Notes: generated by a model from the letters alone, not told the origin. Positions 40,039 to 48,959 are shown, counted from the stretch's first letter. The stretch: DNA of 50,280 bases from Bacteroidota bacterium (GCA_030824295.1 JAVBYA010000055.1:1-50280), one strand, 5' to 3'. Numbers and translations: made by a program.

Positions 40039-40454
40039 TGTGTGCGGCCCGTGCGGTGCAGTCCGTGGAAATGGACATCCTTACATTCCGGACAGATGCC
40101 GTGGGAGAAGAGCGCTTCGGAATGTGCCGTCACGTACGTTTCCAGGGAGAGCCACTCATCGCCGCTGCGGATCTTCTTGCAATAGGAACAGATGGGGACG
40201 AATCCCTCGAAGAAGCGGATGCGGTTCATCAGCATCTTGGTGAGCAGCAGCGAAACAGATGCCAGCACAACGATGTAGGACGACTCGATCATCACCTCTG
40301 CCCAGTTGACGGGAGTTGCGAGCGTTCCGAACACCGTATGGGGGAAATCGAAGAGTTCATCCCCCGCGATCAGGAACAGCAGGATGGCATAGCCGAACAT
40401 TTGAGAGATAATCAGTGTACGAACAATCATCTTTTTGGTGATCATCGTCTTCAT
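40035..40454 (-). CDS. Small membrane protein with a C-terminal CxxC-x28-CxxC zinc-ribbon-like module
   Basis: Two TM helices are followed by ICSYCKKIRSGDEWLSLETYVTAHSEALFSHGICPECK. The stop overlaps the hydrolase start (ATGA). Confidence 0.65.
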   Translation of the reverse strand: MKTMITKKMIVRTLIISQMFGYAILLFLIAGDELFDFPHTVFGTLATPVNWAEVMIESSYIVVLASVSLLLTKMLMNRIRFFEGFVPICSYCKKIRSGDEWLSLETYVTAHSEALFSHGICPECKDVHFHGLHRTGRTQ

Positions 40455-40481
40455 ACAGCCGCCGCTTTCATCGGTTCATTG

Positions 40482-40955
40482 TCAGAGCATCAGTTCCAGA
40501 TAGACCACTTCGTCCAGCGGATTCTCGTAGTACGCCGGTATCTCCGTGAATCCGAGTCCCCGGTACAGCGCGCGCGCTTCTTCCATCCTCTGCAGCGTAT
40601 CGAGGCGCATGGTGTGATATCCGATGGCACGGGCATCGGCGACGATCCGTTGTGTCATCATGCTGCCGATGCCGCGTCCGCGGAACGGCTCGCGCACGAA
40701 GAGGCGTTTCATCTCGCACACCCCCTCTTCTTCTATCGGCCGGAGAGCGATGCATCCGCAGGGGACACCGTCCGTTTCGGCCAGATATAAGCGGCCGTGC
40801 GGCGGCGCATATTTCCCCGGAAGCTCCGCTAATTCCTTGTCGAATCCCTGGAAACAGAGGGAGAACCGGAGCCATGTCTGGTATTCGGTGAACAGCTCCC
40901 GAATGGTCCCGATGTCCGCGGCGGTGACGGGTTCACGCAATGCGATCATACTCAT
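40482..40955 (-). CDS. GNAT family N-acetyltransferase
   Basis: The acetyl-CoA binding motif is present (LFVREPFRGRGIGSMMTQRIVADARAIGY...LYRGLGF). Confidence 0.85.
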   Translation of the reverse strand: MSMIALREPVTAADIGTIRELFTEYQTWLRFSLCFQGFDKELAELPGKYAPPHGRLYLAETDGVPCGCIALRPIEEEGVCEMKRLFVREPFRGRGIGSMMTQRIVADARAIGYHTMRLDTLQRMEEARALYRGLGFTEIPAYYENPLDEVVYLELML

Positions 40956-40961
40956 AGCATC

Positions 40962-40999
40962 CCGAAATTAAGAAGCCCGCGAAAGAGCGCGCGGGCTTC
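40962..40999 (-). terminator. Terminator-like hairpin after the M28 peptidase gene
   Basis: GAAGCCCGCG/CGCGGGCTTC 10-bp stem (40972-81 / 40990-99) followed on the minus strand by TTAATTTC. Confidence 0.6.
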
Positions 41000-41032
41000 G
41001 ATGGATCAACGTTTCATCATGTCCGGCACGGT

Positions 41033-42679
41033 TCAGCGTCCGTGATCGTGTCCGCAGTCCCACTCCTCATCGTAACCGAACCCGCGCACACGCGGTGACG
41101 GTTCCTTGCGCGGGAATTTCTCTTCGCGCGATGCGGCGTTGAATGCGAAGGCTGCCATCAATGTTGCCGCCTGCTTCATATCCTCTTCCTGTGCGCGGTC
41201 CCATACGTCCATCGTGGAGTGCCAGGTGCGGGAGAAATATTCGATCTGGTCCTGGATGAACTGGAATCCGGGCAAGCCGAGCGCGTCGAATGCCTGATGG
41301 TCCGTGCCGCCGGTGTTCATCGGCGTGATGGTCGATGCGCCGAGGTCGTTGAACGGTTTCAGCCATGCGCGGAAGACCGGACGGAGCGCCTCGTTCCCCT
41401 GCATATAGATGCCGCGCACCTTGCCGGTGCCGTTGTCATTGTTGAAGTACGCGGAGAATTTCTGTGCCGCCGGTTTCAGCGAGTCACGCGTGCCGAAATG
41501 TTTCGCAGCGTAAGCGCGCGAGCCGAGCAGTCCCTGTTCCTCTCCTCCCCACAATGCTGCGCGGATGGTGCGGCGCGGTTTGGCACCGCTGGCTTTCAGG
41601 ATGCGCATCGCCTCCATCACCGCCGCAACACCGGTGCCGTTGTCCGTAGCGCCCGTTCCGCCGTGCCACGAATCCAGATGCGCGCCGATCATCACTACTT
41701 CGTCCTTCAGGTCCGTTCCCGGGATCTCGGCGATCACATTGTAGCAGGAATCATCCTTCTGCGAGGTCCACTCCACATCCAGCGTCATTGCGATCCTGAC
41801 CTTCTCCTTCTTCTCGATCATCCGCACCATCCGGTTGAATGCTTCGCTTCCCACTTCGATCTGCGGCGGGAGGTTCTTCGGCGCTTTTGCATTGTAAGAG
41901 GAGATACGGTTCACGCTCGTCATCGGTGTGTCGGGATGGTTCGGTGCGGTCGCGCCCATCACGAACACGCTCCCCCCTTCGTTGCGCTGAGCCGGAGCGG
42001 ACGTGAGCACGCCGGCGACATTCTCTTTCATCAGCAGCTGCCAGCGTTCATAGGCGAATATCTGTGCTTTGCGGAAATTCTGGTTCGCTCCGCCGCCCGG
42101 ACCGCGTCCGCCGCCGCCGCCGGGAAGATCCGCATTCGCCAGCACCAGGAGCGACGAGTCGCTGTACCGTGTTGCCGGCGGGTTGAAGTACGCTTTCAGC
42201 GGGTTCGGCTTACCGAGCAGGACGAACTTCCCCTTGAGCTTCCCTTTGTAAGCGTTCAACTGTTCAAGGGAGTCGGCATCCAGATAAACGACCTCTCCTT
42301 CCACCTCTTTGCTGCCGAGTCCCGGGGACCAGGCTTTCGGATAGGAGACGAGCGGCTGCACCTGACGGCCGATCATGTTGGCGGAATATTTCTTCAGACG
42401 CCATCCGCGGCCGAACGGACCCCACGACTCCAGATGCGCATTCTCGATGCCCATGGCGGTGAATTTCTCCTTCGCCCATTGCGCAGAGGCGGTATATTCC
42501 GGAGAGCCGGTCAGGCGCGGACCATACACGTCTGTCAGCCACGAAAGGATCTCCTTCGCCTGCGAACGGTTCATCCCCTCATCGCGGATCTTTGCGGTCA
42601 TTGCGCTGTCGATTGTTTCCTGCGCGGCTGCGCCCTGCACCAGCAGGAGCATCAGCGCCAAACGGACGATGTTCTTCAT
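41033..42679 (-). CDS. M28 family metallopeptidase (aminopeptidase with a PA-domain-like insert), secreted
   Basis: A signal peptide and M28 metal-ligand motifs are present (MIGAHLDSWHGGTGATDNGTGVAAVMEAMRIL, WGGEEQGLLGS). Confidence 0.85.
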   Translation of the reverse strand: MKNIVRLALMLLLVQGAAAQETIDSAMTAKIRDEGMNRSQAKEILSWLTDVYGPRLTGSPEYTASAQWAKEKFTAMGIENAHLESWGPFGRGWRLKKYSANMIGRQVQPLVSYPKAWSPGLGSKEVEGEVVYLDADSLEQLNAYKGKLKGKFVLLGKPNPLKAYFNPPATRYSDSSLLVLANADLPGGGGGRGPGGGANQNFRKAQIFAYERWQLLMKENVAGVLTSAPAQRNEGGSVFVMGATAPNHPDTPMTSVNRISSYNAKAPKNLPPQIEVGSEAFNRMVRMIEKKEKVRIAMTLDVEWTSQKDDSCYNVIAEIPGTDLKDEVVMIGAHLDSWHGGTGATDNGTGVAAVMEAMRILKASGAKPRRTIRAALWGGEEQGLLGSRAYAAKHFGTRDSLKPAAQKFSAYFNNDNGTGKVRGIYMQGNEALRPVFRAWLKPFNDLGASTITPMNTGGTDHQAFDALGLPGFQFIQDQIEYFSRTWHSTMDVWDRAQEEDMKQAATLMAAFAFNAASREEKFPRKEPSPRVRGFGYDEEWDCGHDHGR

Positions 42680-42718
42680 GTATTTCCTTTTATAGTTTTG
42701 AATGGTATGCGTAATCTC

Positions 42719-43204
42719 TTACTGCGCCTGGAGCGAATCTGCCGATATTGCCGGCTGAGCTTTTTTGGGCGGAACGTCGCCGATGGAGTTCAGGAAATCC
42801 TTGCGCATGTTCGCCGCCACGCGCACGTCCGAACCGTTGTGCCAGATCTTCCCGTCCCACATCCGCGATTCGATCTTGAATTCGAACTTCTTCCGGTCCG
42901 GTGTGAATTTCGCCACGATGCGGATCTGATAGCGCTCGTTCTGCAGGTCCTCCGAGAAGTAGGACTGACTGTACGCGGAACGCACATACCCGTCCTCTTT
43001 GGAGATCATCTCCAGTTCGAATTTCTTGGTGATGATGTAGATGACCCGCTGCCAGGCATCATCGTACTTGACGGACGGCTTGAGATCCATCGATTCCCAA
43101 TACTGCCGGTTCATCTGCATGAAGGATTCGGGTGCGCCAAGGCCGCAGCCGGCAGCAAGAAGGAGCAGCAGAGCGGCAAACAGTCGAACGAGTGTGATCT
43201 TCAT
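42719..43204 (-). CDS. Hypothetical lipoprotein (161 aa)
   Basis: Lipobox LLAAGC. I recognise no family. Confidence 0.65.
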   Translation of the reverse strand: MKITLVRLFAALLLLLAAGCGLGAPESFMQMNRQYWESMDLKPSVKYDDAWQRVIYIITKKFELEMISKEDGYVRSAYSQSYFSEDLQNERYQIRIVAKFTPDRKKFEFKIESRMWDGKIWHNGSDVRVAANMRKDFLNSIGDVPPKKAQPAISADSLQAQ

Positions 43205-43297
43205 GGTCTCTTCCTTCGGTCAGTGAAGTTGAAATGCAGAGGGAATATACAGTTTTTGGCAGAAAAGGACAGCAGAATTCTTCCGGAGCGCCATCGT

Positions 43298-43714
43298 TCA
43301 GTCCGGGAAATCGTACCGTACATCCAGCTTCAGATCCGGATGCAGACTCTTGGCGACAGGACAGGTGTCCCCGATCTCGCGCAGGCGTGCGCGGAACTGA
43401 TGCGGTATCCCTGCCGGGAATGACAGATGCGCGAGGATCTTCGCGATACGCCGCGGAGCATCGGTGCTCATGTGCTTCTCGATGCGGATGTGCGTTCCGT
43501 CCAGCGAGAGCGCCATCTTCTCCTTTGCTGCGAGGATCCCCATCGTGGTGATCATGCAGCTGCCGAGCGCGGTCGCCACCAGATCGGTCGGCGAGAAACT
43601 CTCCCCCTTGCCGAAGTTGTCCGCGGGTGCATCGGTGATGAACCGCATGCCGCTGTTGTCGTGTGTGGCGCTGCAGCGCAGGTGACCGTGATAAGCGATG
43701 GAAATGGGGACCAT
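43298..43714 (-). CDS. OsmC/Ohr family peroxiredoxin-like protein
   Basis: The size and motifs (FSPTDLVATALGSCMITTM..., CPVAKSL) are typical of OsmC. Confidence 0.8.
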   Translation of the reverse strand: MVPISIAYHGHLRCSATHDNSGMRFITDAPADNFGKGESFSPTDLVATALGSCMITTMGILAAKEKMALSLDGTHIRIEKHMSTDAPRRIAKILAHLSFPAGIPHQFRARLREIGDTCPVAKSLHPDLKLDVRYDFPD

Positions 43715-43721
43715 GGTATTC

Positions 43722-44564
43722 TCAGGGTTTGATGAAATCGATGTTGCTGCGGTATTCCACCGCGTTCTTTGTTGTCTTCACAGTGGAGCGGCTGAAACGG
43801 AGGAACCGCTTCACGAACGCCATCCGGTCTGCGCCGTACTGTGCGGCCGGAATCGGGAAGACGATCTCGGAAGTGACGGCGGACGGAATGAGGATCGGCT
43901 TGATGAGGTCCGTGGTGAGGAGCGGGATCTCTTTGTAATACGGCACCTCCCACCCCAGCAGGTCGATGGTGATCTTCGTTTTGAGTTTGACCGTCTTCGG
44001 CACCGGGTTCAGACGGATGTAATCCGAATCCGCCGTGGCCACGGTGAAGAACACCTGCTCATCCAGATAGAAGTGCACCTGGGGTGCGACGCGCGCCGAG
44101 ACGCCGGTGTAACTGCCGGAAGCCTTTACGGCGCCGCTCCCTTCGATCTCGATCTGTGCGTAGATGGTGTTGTTGACGATGTCCGTAAAGAGGAATTTCT
44201 TCAGGTCGATATCCAGCGTGCCGGTGTCCACATTCACCACGTTCGTATAACCGATGCCGAGCACCGACTTCTCTTCCTTCCAGAGCGGGCGGGTGGCGAG
44301 GAAGTCCACATGGATATCCTTCGTTGTCCTGTCGGCCACCGCGGTCAGCAGGGCATTCGCGGCAGAGGTGCGGGTGCTGGTGATCAGATCGTGCCCGCGC
44401 GGCAGCTGCCGGGTCTGTGTATTGATGATCGTGTCGAGACGGTCCAGCTGCGGCTTCACCGCATTGATGAGCGCCTGGGAGTCCTTGACGGACGGCGTGT
44501 TGATGGACGAACCGCAGCCGGTCAGTACCGCTATCATGATGACGGAGAGCAAGAGGTTCTTCAT
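43722..44564 (-). CDS. Hypothetical lipoprotein (280 aa)
   Basis: Lipobox VLTGC. The gene is translationally coupled to the upstream lipoprotein gene (4-nt overlap). Confidence 0.65.
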   Translation of the reverse strand: MKNLLLSVIMIAVLTGCGSSINTPSVKDSQALINAVKPQLDRLDTIINTQTRQLPRGHDLITSTRTSAANALLTAVADRTTKDIHVDFLATRPLWKEEKSVLGIGYTNVVNVDTGTLDIDLKKFLFTDIVNNTIYAQIEIEGSGAVKASGSYTGVSARVAPQVHFYLDEQVFFTVATADSDYIRLNPVPKTVKLKTKITIDLLGWEVPYYKEIPLLTTDLIKPILIPSAVTSEIVFPIPAAQYGADRMAFVKRFLRFSRSTVKTTKNAVEYRSNIDFIKP

Positions 44565-45328
44565 TTGGCCACCCCCGCATGCTTCACGTTCATTGCTACG
44601 AAGAGACGCTCTTTGAAGATGAGCACTTCCTTCAGTTCCAGCGAGTACTGCAGTGTGTGCGCCGGCGTGCTGATGTTCATGTTCAGTCCGGTGCGGATAC
44701 GCACCGATGATGCCTGCACCGGGAACTGATTGGTGAAATCGACCGGGAACCGGATCGGCGGGAGATTATCGCTGATGGTGGAGAGTTTGGCGGTGACCAC
44801 ATCCTGGATGATCCCTTCGAGCGCAGCGGTGATCCCTTTCGCTTTCACATTCGGGACCACGTTGAACGGCTCGAGTGTGGCGCTGAACGCGCCGCTGTCC
44901 ACGCTGAATGCGAGCAGACAGTCCATCAGCACATTCACCTTCACATTGTACTGGTGACTGTGCGCGGTCATGGCGATGGTGGCGATGGCGGAACCGTTGT
45001 ACAGTTTTACGCGGATGCTTTTGATGGAATACGAGGTGAGGGAGTCGAGCCAGCCGTTCGTGGAGTCGAGCTGTGATGCCGCTTTGTTCAGCAGTGCCTC
45101 GGAGAAGGAGAAGGTCATGTCCGCATTCTCCACCGGATCGCCGTTGGCCATCCGGTCCGAGAGCCGCCGCGCGCCGTTCAGACGCACCTGCAGCACCGTG
45201 GCCTCGCGCGCCTTCTGCAGCTGCGCGATGTTGACATCCGCACCGGCGAACGGTCGGACGATGAAGCAGCCCTGAAGGGCGGTCCCGAGCACCAGCGCTG
45301 TGATGCCGGGAAGAAGGAGGCGAAGCAT
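44561..45328 (-). CDS. Hypothetical lipoprotein (about 255 aa)
   Basis: I placed the start at MLRLLLPGITALVLGTALQGC. The track start at 45379 adds 17 Arg/Pro-rich residues. Confidence 0.6.
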   Translation of the reverse strand: MLRLLLPGITALVLGTALQGCFIVRPFAGADVNIAQLQKAREATVLQVRLNGARRLSDRMANGDPVENADMTFSFSEALLNKAASQLDSTNGWLDSLTSYSIKSIRVKLYNGSAIATIAMTAHSHQYNVKVNVLMDCLLAFSVDSGAFSATLEPFNVVPNVKAKGITAALEGIIQDVVTAKLSTISDNLPPIRFPVDFTNQFPVQASSVRIRTGLNMNISTPAHTLQYSLELKEVLIFKERLFVAMNVKHAGVAK

Positions 45329-45396
45329 GGACCGGCGCCGCGGCGGCGCCGTGTGCCTGCCCGTTCGATGATAGCTCATACGCGCTCAAGGAATGG

Positions 45397-46023
45397 TTAT
45401 TGTTTCTTCAGCTTGCTGCTGAACTCCTTTCTGAATTTACTCAATTTTGGATTGATTACCATCATGCAATATGGCTGCGACGAGTTCTGGTCGTAGTAGT
45501 TCTGATGGTACTGTTCCGCCTTATAGAAGAGAGAGGCCGGGGAGATCTCGGTGACAATGGGATCGTCCCACACCTTCGCCGCTTCGATCTCTTTCTTCAC
45601 TTGTTCCGCCGCCGCTTTTTGTTCGGGACTGTGATAGAAGATGGCGGAGCGGTACTGTGTGCCGACGTCGGCCCCCTGCCGGTTGAGTGTTGTCGGGTCA
45701 TGCGTTTTAAAGAAGACCTCGAGCAGCTCCTTGTAGCTGATCTTCTTCGGATCGAACGTCACCTGGATGACCTCCGCGTGCCCGGTCCTGCCGGTGCAGA
45801 CCTGTTCGTACGTAGGATTCTTCACTGTGCCGCCGGTGTAGCCGGAGGCGACCGATTCCACCCCTTCCAGCCGTTCATAGATCGCTTCTACGCACCAGAA
45901 GCACCCTGCGCCGAGCGTTGCGGTCTCTTTGTTGGATTCCATGGTTTTCCCTTTCGCTGGGACTCCGGTCTGTGCGGAAAGCATTCCCGTCAGAACAAGT
46001 CCGATCATAAGTATCATTCTCAT
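45397..46023 (-). CDS. msrA: Peptide-methionine (S)-S-oxide reductase MsrA, exported form
   Basis: The GAGCFWCVEAIYERLEGV...GYTGG...GHAEVIQV motif set is present. The start MRMILMIGLVLTGMLSAQ is preceded by GGAGG. Confidence 0.92.
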   Translation of the reverse strand: MRMILMIGLVLTGMLSAQTGVPAKGKTMESNKETATLGAGCFWCVEAIYERLEGVESVASGYTGGTVKNPTYEQVCTGRTGHAEVIQVTFDPKKISYKELLEVFFKTHDPTTLNRQGADVGTQYRSAIFYHSPEQKAAAEQVKKEIEAAKVWDDPIVTEISPASLFYKAEQYHQNYYDQNSSQPYCMMVINPKLSKFRKEFSSKLKKQ

Positions 46024-46191
46024 TGTGTACCTCCATAGCATTGAACACCGGTCGTGCCGGTAAGAGTTCATTGGTTCGAACCGCCGTCACACAAAAGAAT
46101 GCTTGCGTTCCGTCCGTCAAATTAAGAAATTTCACAGGAAACACAAAGGAAGCCGCATCGGTCTTCCGGTGTTCCTCAAAAAAGGGAACGT

Positions 46192-46944
46192 ATGATATTC
46201 AAAATGATGATGCTTCTGCTCCCCGTCTCAGCCGGTTTTCTTGCCGCAGGCTGTTCGGGTCTTTCTGTCTCCTCCGGGAACCCGGGAACTCACTACGTGT
46301 ATTCATATTCCCTGCAGCAGCCGGAGCAGCGCAGGGAGCTGACGTTCAACGACGGCAGCATCTCCGCCTCGTTCACGTTCGATGCCGCCGCGCTCATCTT
46401 CGACCTGCACAATTTGACCGACCAGCAGCTCTCCATCGTCTGGGAACGGGTGTCGATGGGGGTGAACCGCCGGACATATTCCGTCCGCAACATGAACACC
46501 TTCTATACTATGGGACACTCCACGCCGCAGCCGCTGACCGTTCCGCCGAAAGGATTCCTGCGCGAGACGGTGATCCCCTGGCAGCATGTGAACTACGAAC
46601 ACGGAGCGTGGATAGAGCGCGACCTGTTCCCGACCAACGACAGCGGAACGCAGCGGCTGAAAGGGATGATCGAGAGCAGCGTGGGGAGCGAAGTGACGCT
46701 GGTGCTGCCGGTGAGGATCGGGAAAGTGGTGATGGATTATACGTTCGTCTTCCGGGTGGATTCCGTCCGGGCACTTCCGGTTGGAACAGCGCCGCCGGAG
46801 AAAGAACGTCCGCCGATGCCGGATGCTCCTATGTATGAGCTTTCCATTCTGCAGGGATATCTGCCGGTGATGATCTCCGCCGGCATCCTTGCCGCATCGG
46901 TCATCATCTTCACACAGAAGAAAGCACCGGCCGAAGGGTTATAA
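46192..46944 (+). CDS. Hypothetical lipoprotein with an additional C-terminal TM helix
   Basis: Lipobox FLAAGC. The C-terminal segment is LQGYLPVMISAGILAASVIIFTQKK. Confidence 0.6.
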   Translation: MIFKMMMLLLPVSAGFLAAGCSGLSVSSGNPGTHYVYSYSLQQPEQRRELTFNDGSISASFTFDAAALIFDLHNLTDQQLSIVWERVSMGVNRRTYSVRNMNTFYTMGHSTPQPLTVPPKGFLRETVIPWQHVNYEHGAWIERDLFPTNDSGTQRLKGMIESSVGSEVTLVLPVRIGKVVMDYTFVFRVDSVRALPVGTAPPEKERPPMPDAPMYELSILQGYLPVMISAGILAASVIIFTQKKAPAEGL

Positions 46945-46952
46945 AACAACAA

Positions 46953-46972
46953 TGCCGGTCACCGGACCGGCA
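46953..46972. terminator. Hairpin between convergent genes
   Basis: TGCCGGTC-ACCG-GACCGGCA 8-bp stem with no clear U-tract. Confidence 0.4.
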
Positions 46973-46986
46973 GCATGACTCCTCCC

Positions 46987-47376
46987 TCAGCTCGATTCCG
47001 GCGGTGTCCGATGCTCCCGGATCCACCGAAGAGCGAACCCCAGATCATGGAATACCCGCACCTCATAATCCATGTCGCTCCGCTGTCCTTCCCACATCCG
47101 GAACATCCCGAACATCATCTCGCTGCCGGCGACCATGGCGACCTTACCGCCGGAGAGTTCTGCGGAACGCGAGAGAACGTACGCCGCCAGCATCCACTGT
47201 CCTTTCGGCGTGATCGCCATCTCCTCCACACTGCTCCCGTCGATCAGTTCCCGCCAGGGGAATGCAGCGCTGCTGAAATCCGTCCCCTTATAATAGCCGA
47301 TCAATTCATCATCGGTCACTCTCCCTGCGAGTGTTGTGATCACCATACCGTTGTCGTTCGAAAAATGGATCGGCAT
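46987..47376 (-). CDS. Hypothetical cytoplasmic protein (129 aa; possibly a STAS/SpoIIAA-like fold)
   Basis: The ORF has coding-like composition. The fold suggestion is only an impression from the pattern MVITTLAGRVTDDEL...GKVAMVAGSEMMFGMFRM. Confidence 0.45.
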   Translation of the reverse strand: MPIHFSNDNGMVITTLAGRVTDDELIGYYKGTDFSSAAFPWRELIDGSSVEEMAITPKGQWMLAAYVLSRSAELSGGKVAMVAGSEMMFGMFRMWEGQRSDMDYEVRVFHDLGFALRWIREHRTPPESS

Positions 47377-47447
47377 TATCCGCCTGATAGTTGAGGATGA
47401 GGATTCTGTTCAAAGGGAATGTCAAGAGAGAATGGATGAAAAGCAAT

Positions 47448-47483
47448 CGAAGAGAAAAAGGAACGGATACAAAAATGTCCGTA
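47448..47483 (-). terminator. Terminator after the MauE-like gene
   Basis: A 7-bp ACGGATA/TGTCCGT stem lies 4 nt after the stop and is followed on the minus strand by TCCTTTTTCTCTTC. Confidence 0.5.
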
Positions 47484-47486
47484 ATA

Positions 47487-47906
47487 TCACTTCTGCGGTT
47501 CGTGCGGCCGTGCAGCAGTGACGATGACGAGCAGCAGAAGGATGATGCCGTTGCGGATGAGCGTCCCGGCACCGATGGTCTCTTCGGAAGAGGCGCCGAA
47601 ACAACCGCACGACGTTTCTATACCGCGCACGAGCGCCGATGCTGCGGCAAGTGTGAAGATCAGGATCGCGGCGATGAGCACCGCTCCAGTCCGGCGGAGT
47701 GCGATGCCGAACATCAGCAGCGTTCCGAAGAACATCTCCCCCGCAATGATGGCGACAGCGGTGAACAACGACCATTCTTCCGGCAGGAGGTCGAACGCCG
47801 AAATGACCGAAGAGAATTCCTGCACAGCGCTCCCTTTCATTGCGCCGCCGGCAGCAAAGAACAGACCGAGCAGTATGCGCAGCGAGGTCAGCCAGCGCCG
47901 CTTCAT
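47487..47906 (-). CDS. MauE/DoxX-family redox-associated membrane protein
   Basis: A 139-aa protein with 4 TM helices and the family-typical CGCFG motif (GIETSCGCFGAS). The ATG overlaps the upstream stop (ATGA). The 65-codon extension in the track is rejected. Confidence 0.7.
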   Translation of the reverse strand: MKRRWLTSLRILLGLFFAAGGAMKGSAVQEFSSVISAFDLLPEEWSLFTAVAIIAGEMFFGTLLMFGIALRRTGAVLIAAILIFTLAAASALVRGIETSCGCFGASSEETIGAGTLIRNGIILLLLVIVTAARPHEPQK

Positions 47907-48601
47907 CCCATCGCTCCTGCAACGAGCCGCTGTGTAATGATCACCATGGTCACCTCGAACGCAATTCCGGTCAGCCAGAGTCCGAACACGATGCCGTACG
48001 ATCTGGCCGGAGTGAGTGATGCAGCGGCCGTAAGACCGGTAGCGAGGACGAATGCATGCCAGAGAGTGAACGGGTTCACGGCGCTGAGCACCGTGTACCA
48101 TACCTTGTTCTGCACTTTATTGGAGAGGAAAAGATCCAATCCGGGAAGGGCATTCAGGTCCATACTGTGGGTGACCCCCTCCAGGCCGCGGAGGTGGAGT
48201 ACCGCAACATTCAAGAGCGTCATCACGGCAAAGACCAACTGCGAGCAGATGACAATGGCGAACACCGTCCGGAATGTCACCGGTGCGGCCGAGAGCGTCC
48301 GCACGGCCGCGAACAGCAGCAGGGACACGAACCCCCACCGCACGAGCCGTTCCAGCGGTACCAGAGCGATGCCGATCAGCCGCATGTCCCGCGTTGCGGC
48401 GGCCGCGTCCGACGCAGCGGTGCTGTTCATCGACGGCTCCATGCTCAGCGCAACGGCACGCTCCACGAACGGCAGCGTAAGCCAGGCGCAGAACATGGAG
48501 ATGAGACAGATACTGATGAAGGGGCCGATCCACCCCGGCCGCCCCTCATTCTCCCGGAAGAACCGGGCAGGCTGGAACAATGAACGAACGATCGAATCCA
48601 T
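47903..48601 (-). CDS. Yip1-domain-like polytopic membrane protein
   Basis: I placed the start at MDSIVRSLFQPARFFRENEGRPGWIGPFI. Five hydrophobic segments follow. The N-terminal pattern is typical of bacterial YIP1 family proteins. Confidence 0.55.
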   Translation of the reverse strand: MDSIVRSLFQPARFFRENEGRPGWIGPFISICLISMFCAWLTLPFVERAVALSMEPSMNSTAASDAAAATRDMRLIGIALVPLERLVRWGFVSLLLFAAVRTLSAAPVTFRTVFAIVICSQLVFAVMTLLNVAVLHLRGLEGVTHSMDLNALPGLDLFLSNKVQNKVWYTVLSAVNPFTLWHAFVLATGLTAAASLTPARSYGIVFGLWLTGIAFEVTMVIITQRLVAGAMG

Positions 48602-48651
48602 GCATAACTCTCCGTTTGTGGGTTGATGGTCAGCGGACGGCAGCAGGCCGT

Positions 48652-48691
48652 CAAGCGAAACAAGAGCGGGGACCGCGTTCCTTCGGTCCCC
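48652..48691 (-). terminator. Stem-loop immediately downstream of the small peptide gene
   Basis: GGGGACCG/CGGTCCCC 8-bp stem (48668-75 / 48684-91) followed on the minus strand by GCTCTTGTTTCGCTT. Confidence 0.5.
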
Positions 48692-48707
48692 GCAGCGCAA
48701 GGAACCG

Positions 48708-48959
48708 TCAGGCGCCGTTATCAACGGCCAGACAGTACGCGGTGAGTCCGGCGCAGATGACCGACGCCCACCAGAGTGCGCCGATGGTGTTGACACACGT
48801 CAGCAGCAGTGCAGCGCATTCCATGACGTCCTTCCCTCCCACAGTGTATTCCATCTGTACAGCGGTAAGCGGGATCGATTCCGGCTGTGCGGAGAGGAGC
48901 GGTGCGGAGTGGGTCAGAAGGAGCACGACCATCATCAGGATACTGATCGATTGTTTCAT
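48708..48959 (-). CDS. Small exported hydrophobic Cys-rich peptide (83 aa, twin CX6C)
   Basis: The ATG at 48959 lies 5 nt after GGAGG. The product has the signal MKQSISILMMVVLLLTHSAPLLSA, then LTAVQMEYTVGG, then KDVMECAALLLTCVNTIGALWWASVICAGLTAYCLAVDNGA. Confidence 0.55.
   Translation of the reverse strand: MKQSISILMMVVLLLTHSAPLLSAQPESIPLTAVQMEYTVGGKDVMECAALLLTCVNTIGALWWASVICAGLTAYCLAVDNGA

Noticed and set aside
41219-43423. A 734-aa plus-strand ORF, the longest unexplained ORF in the track.
   Set aside because: It lies antisense to the well-supported M28 peptidase and a lipoprotein gene and runs across their intergenic spacer. The product is Arg/His/Asp/Leu-rich low complexity with no motifs. 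This is a typical stop-poor antisense frame in GC-rich coding DNA.
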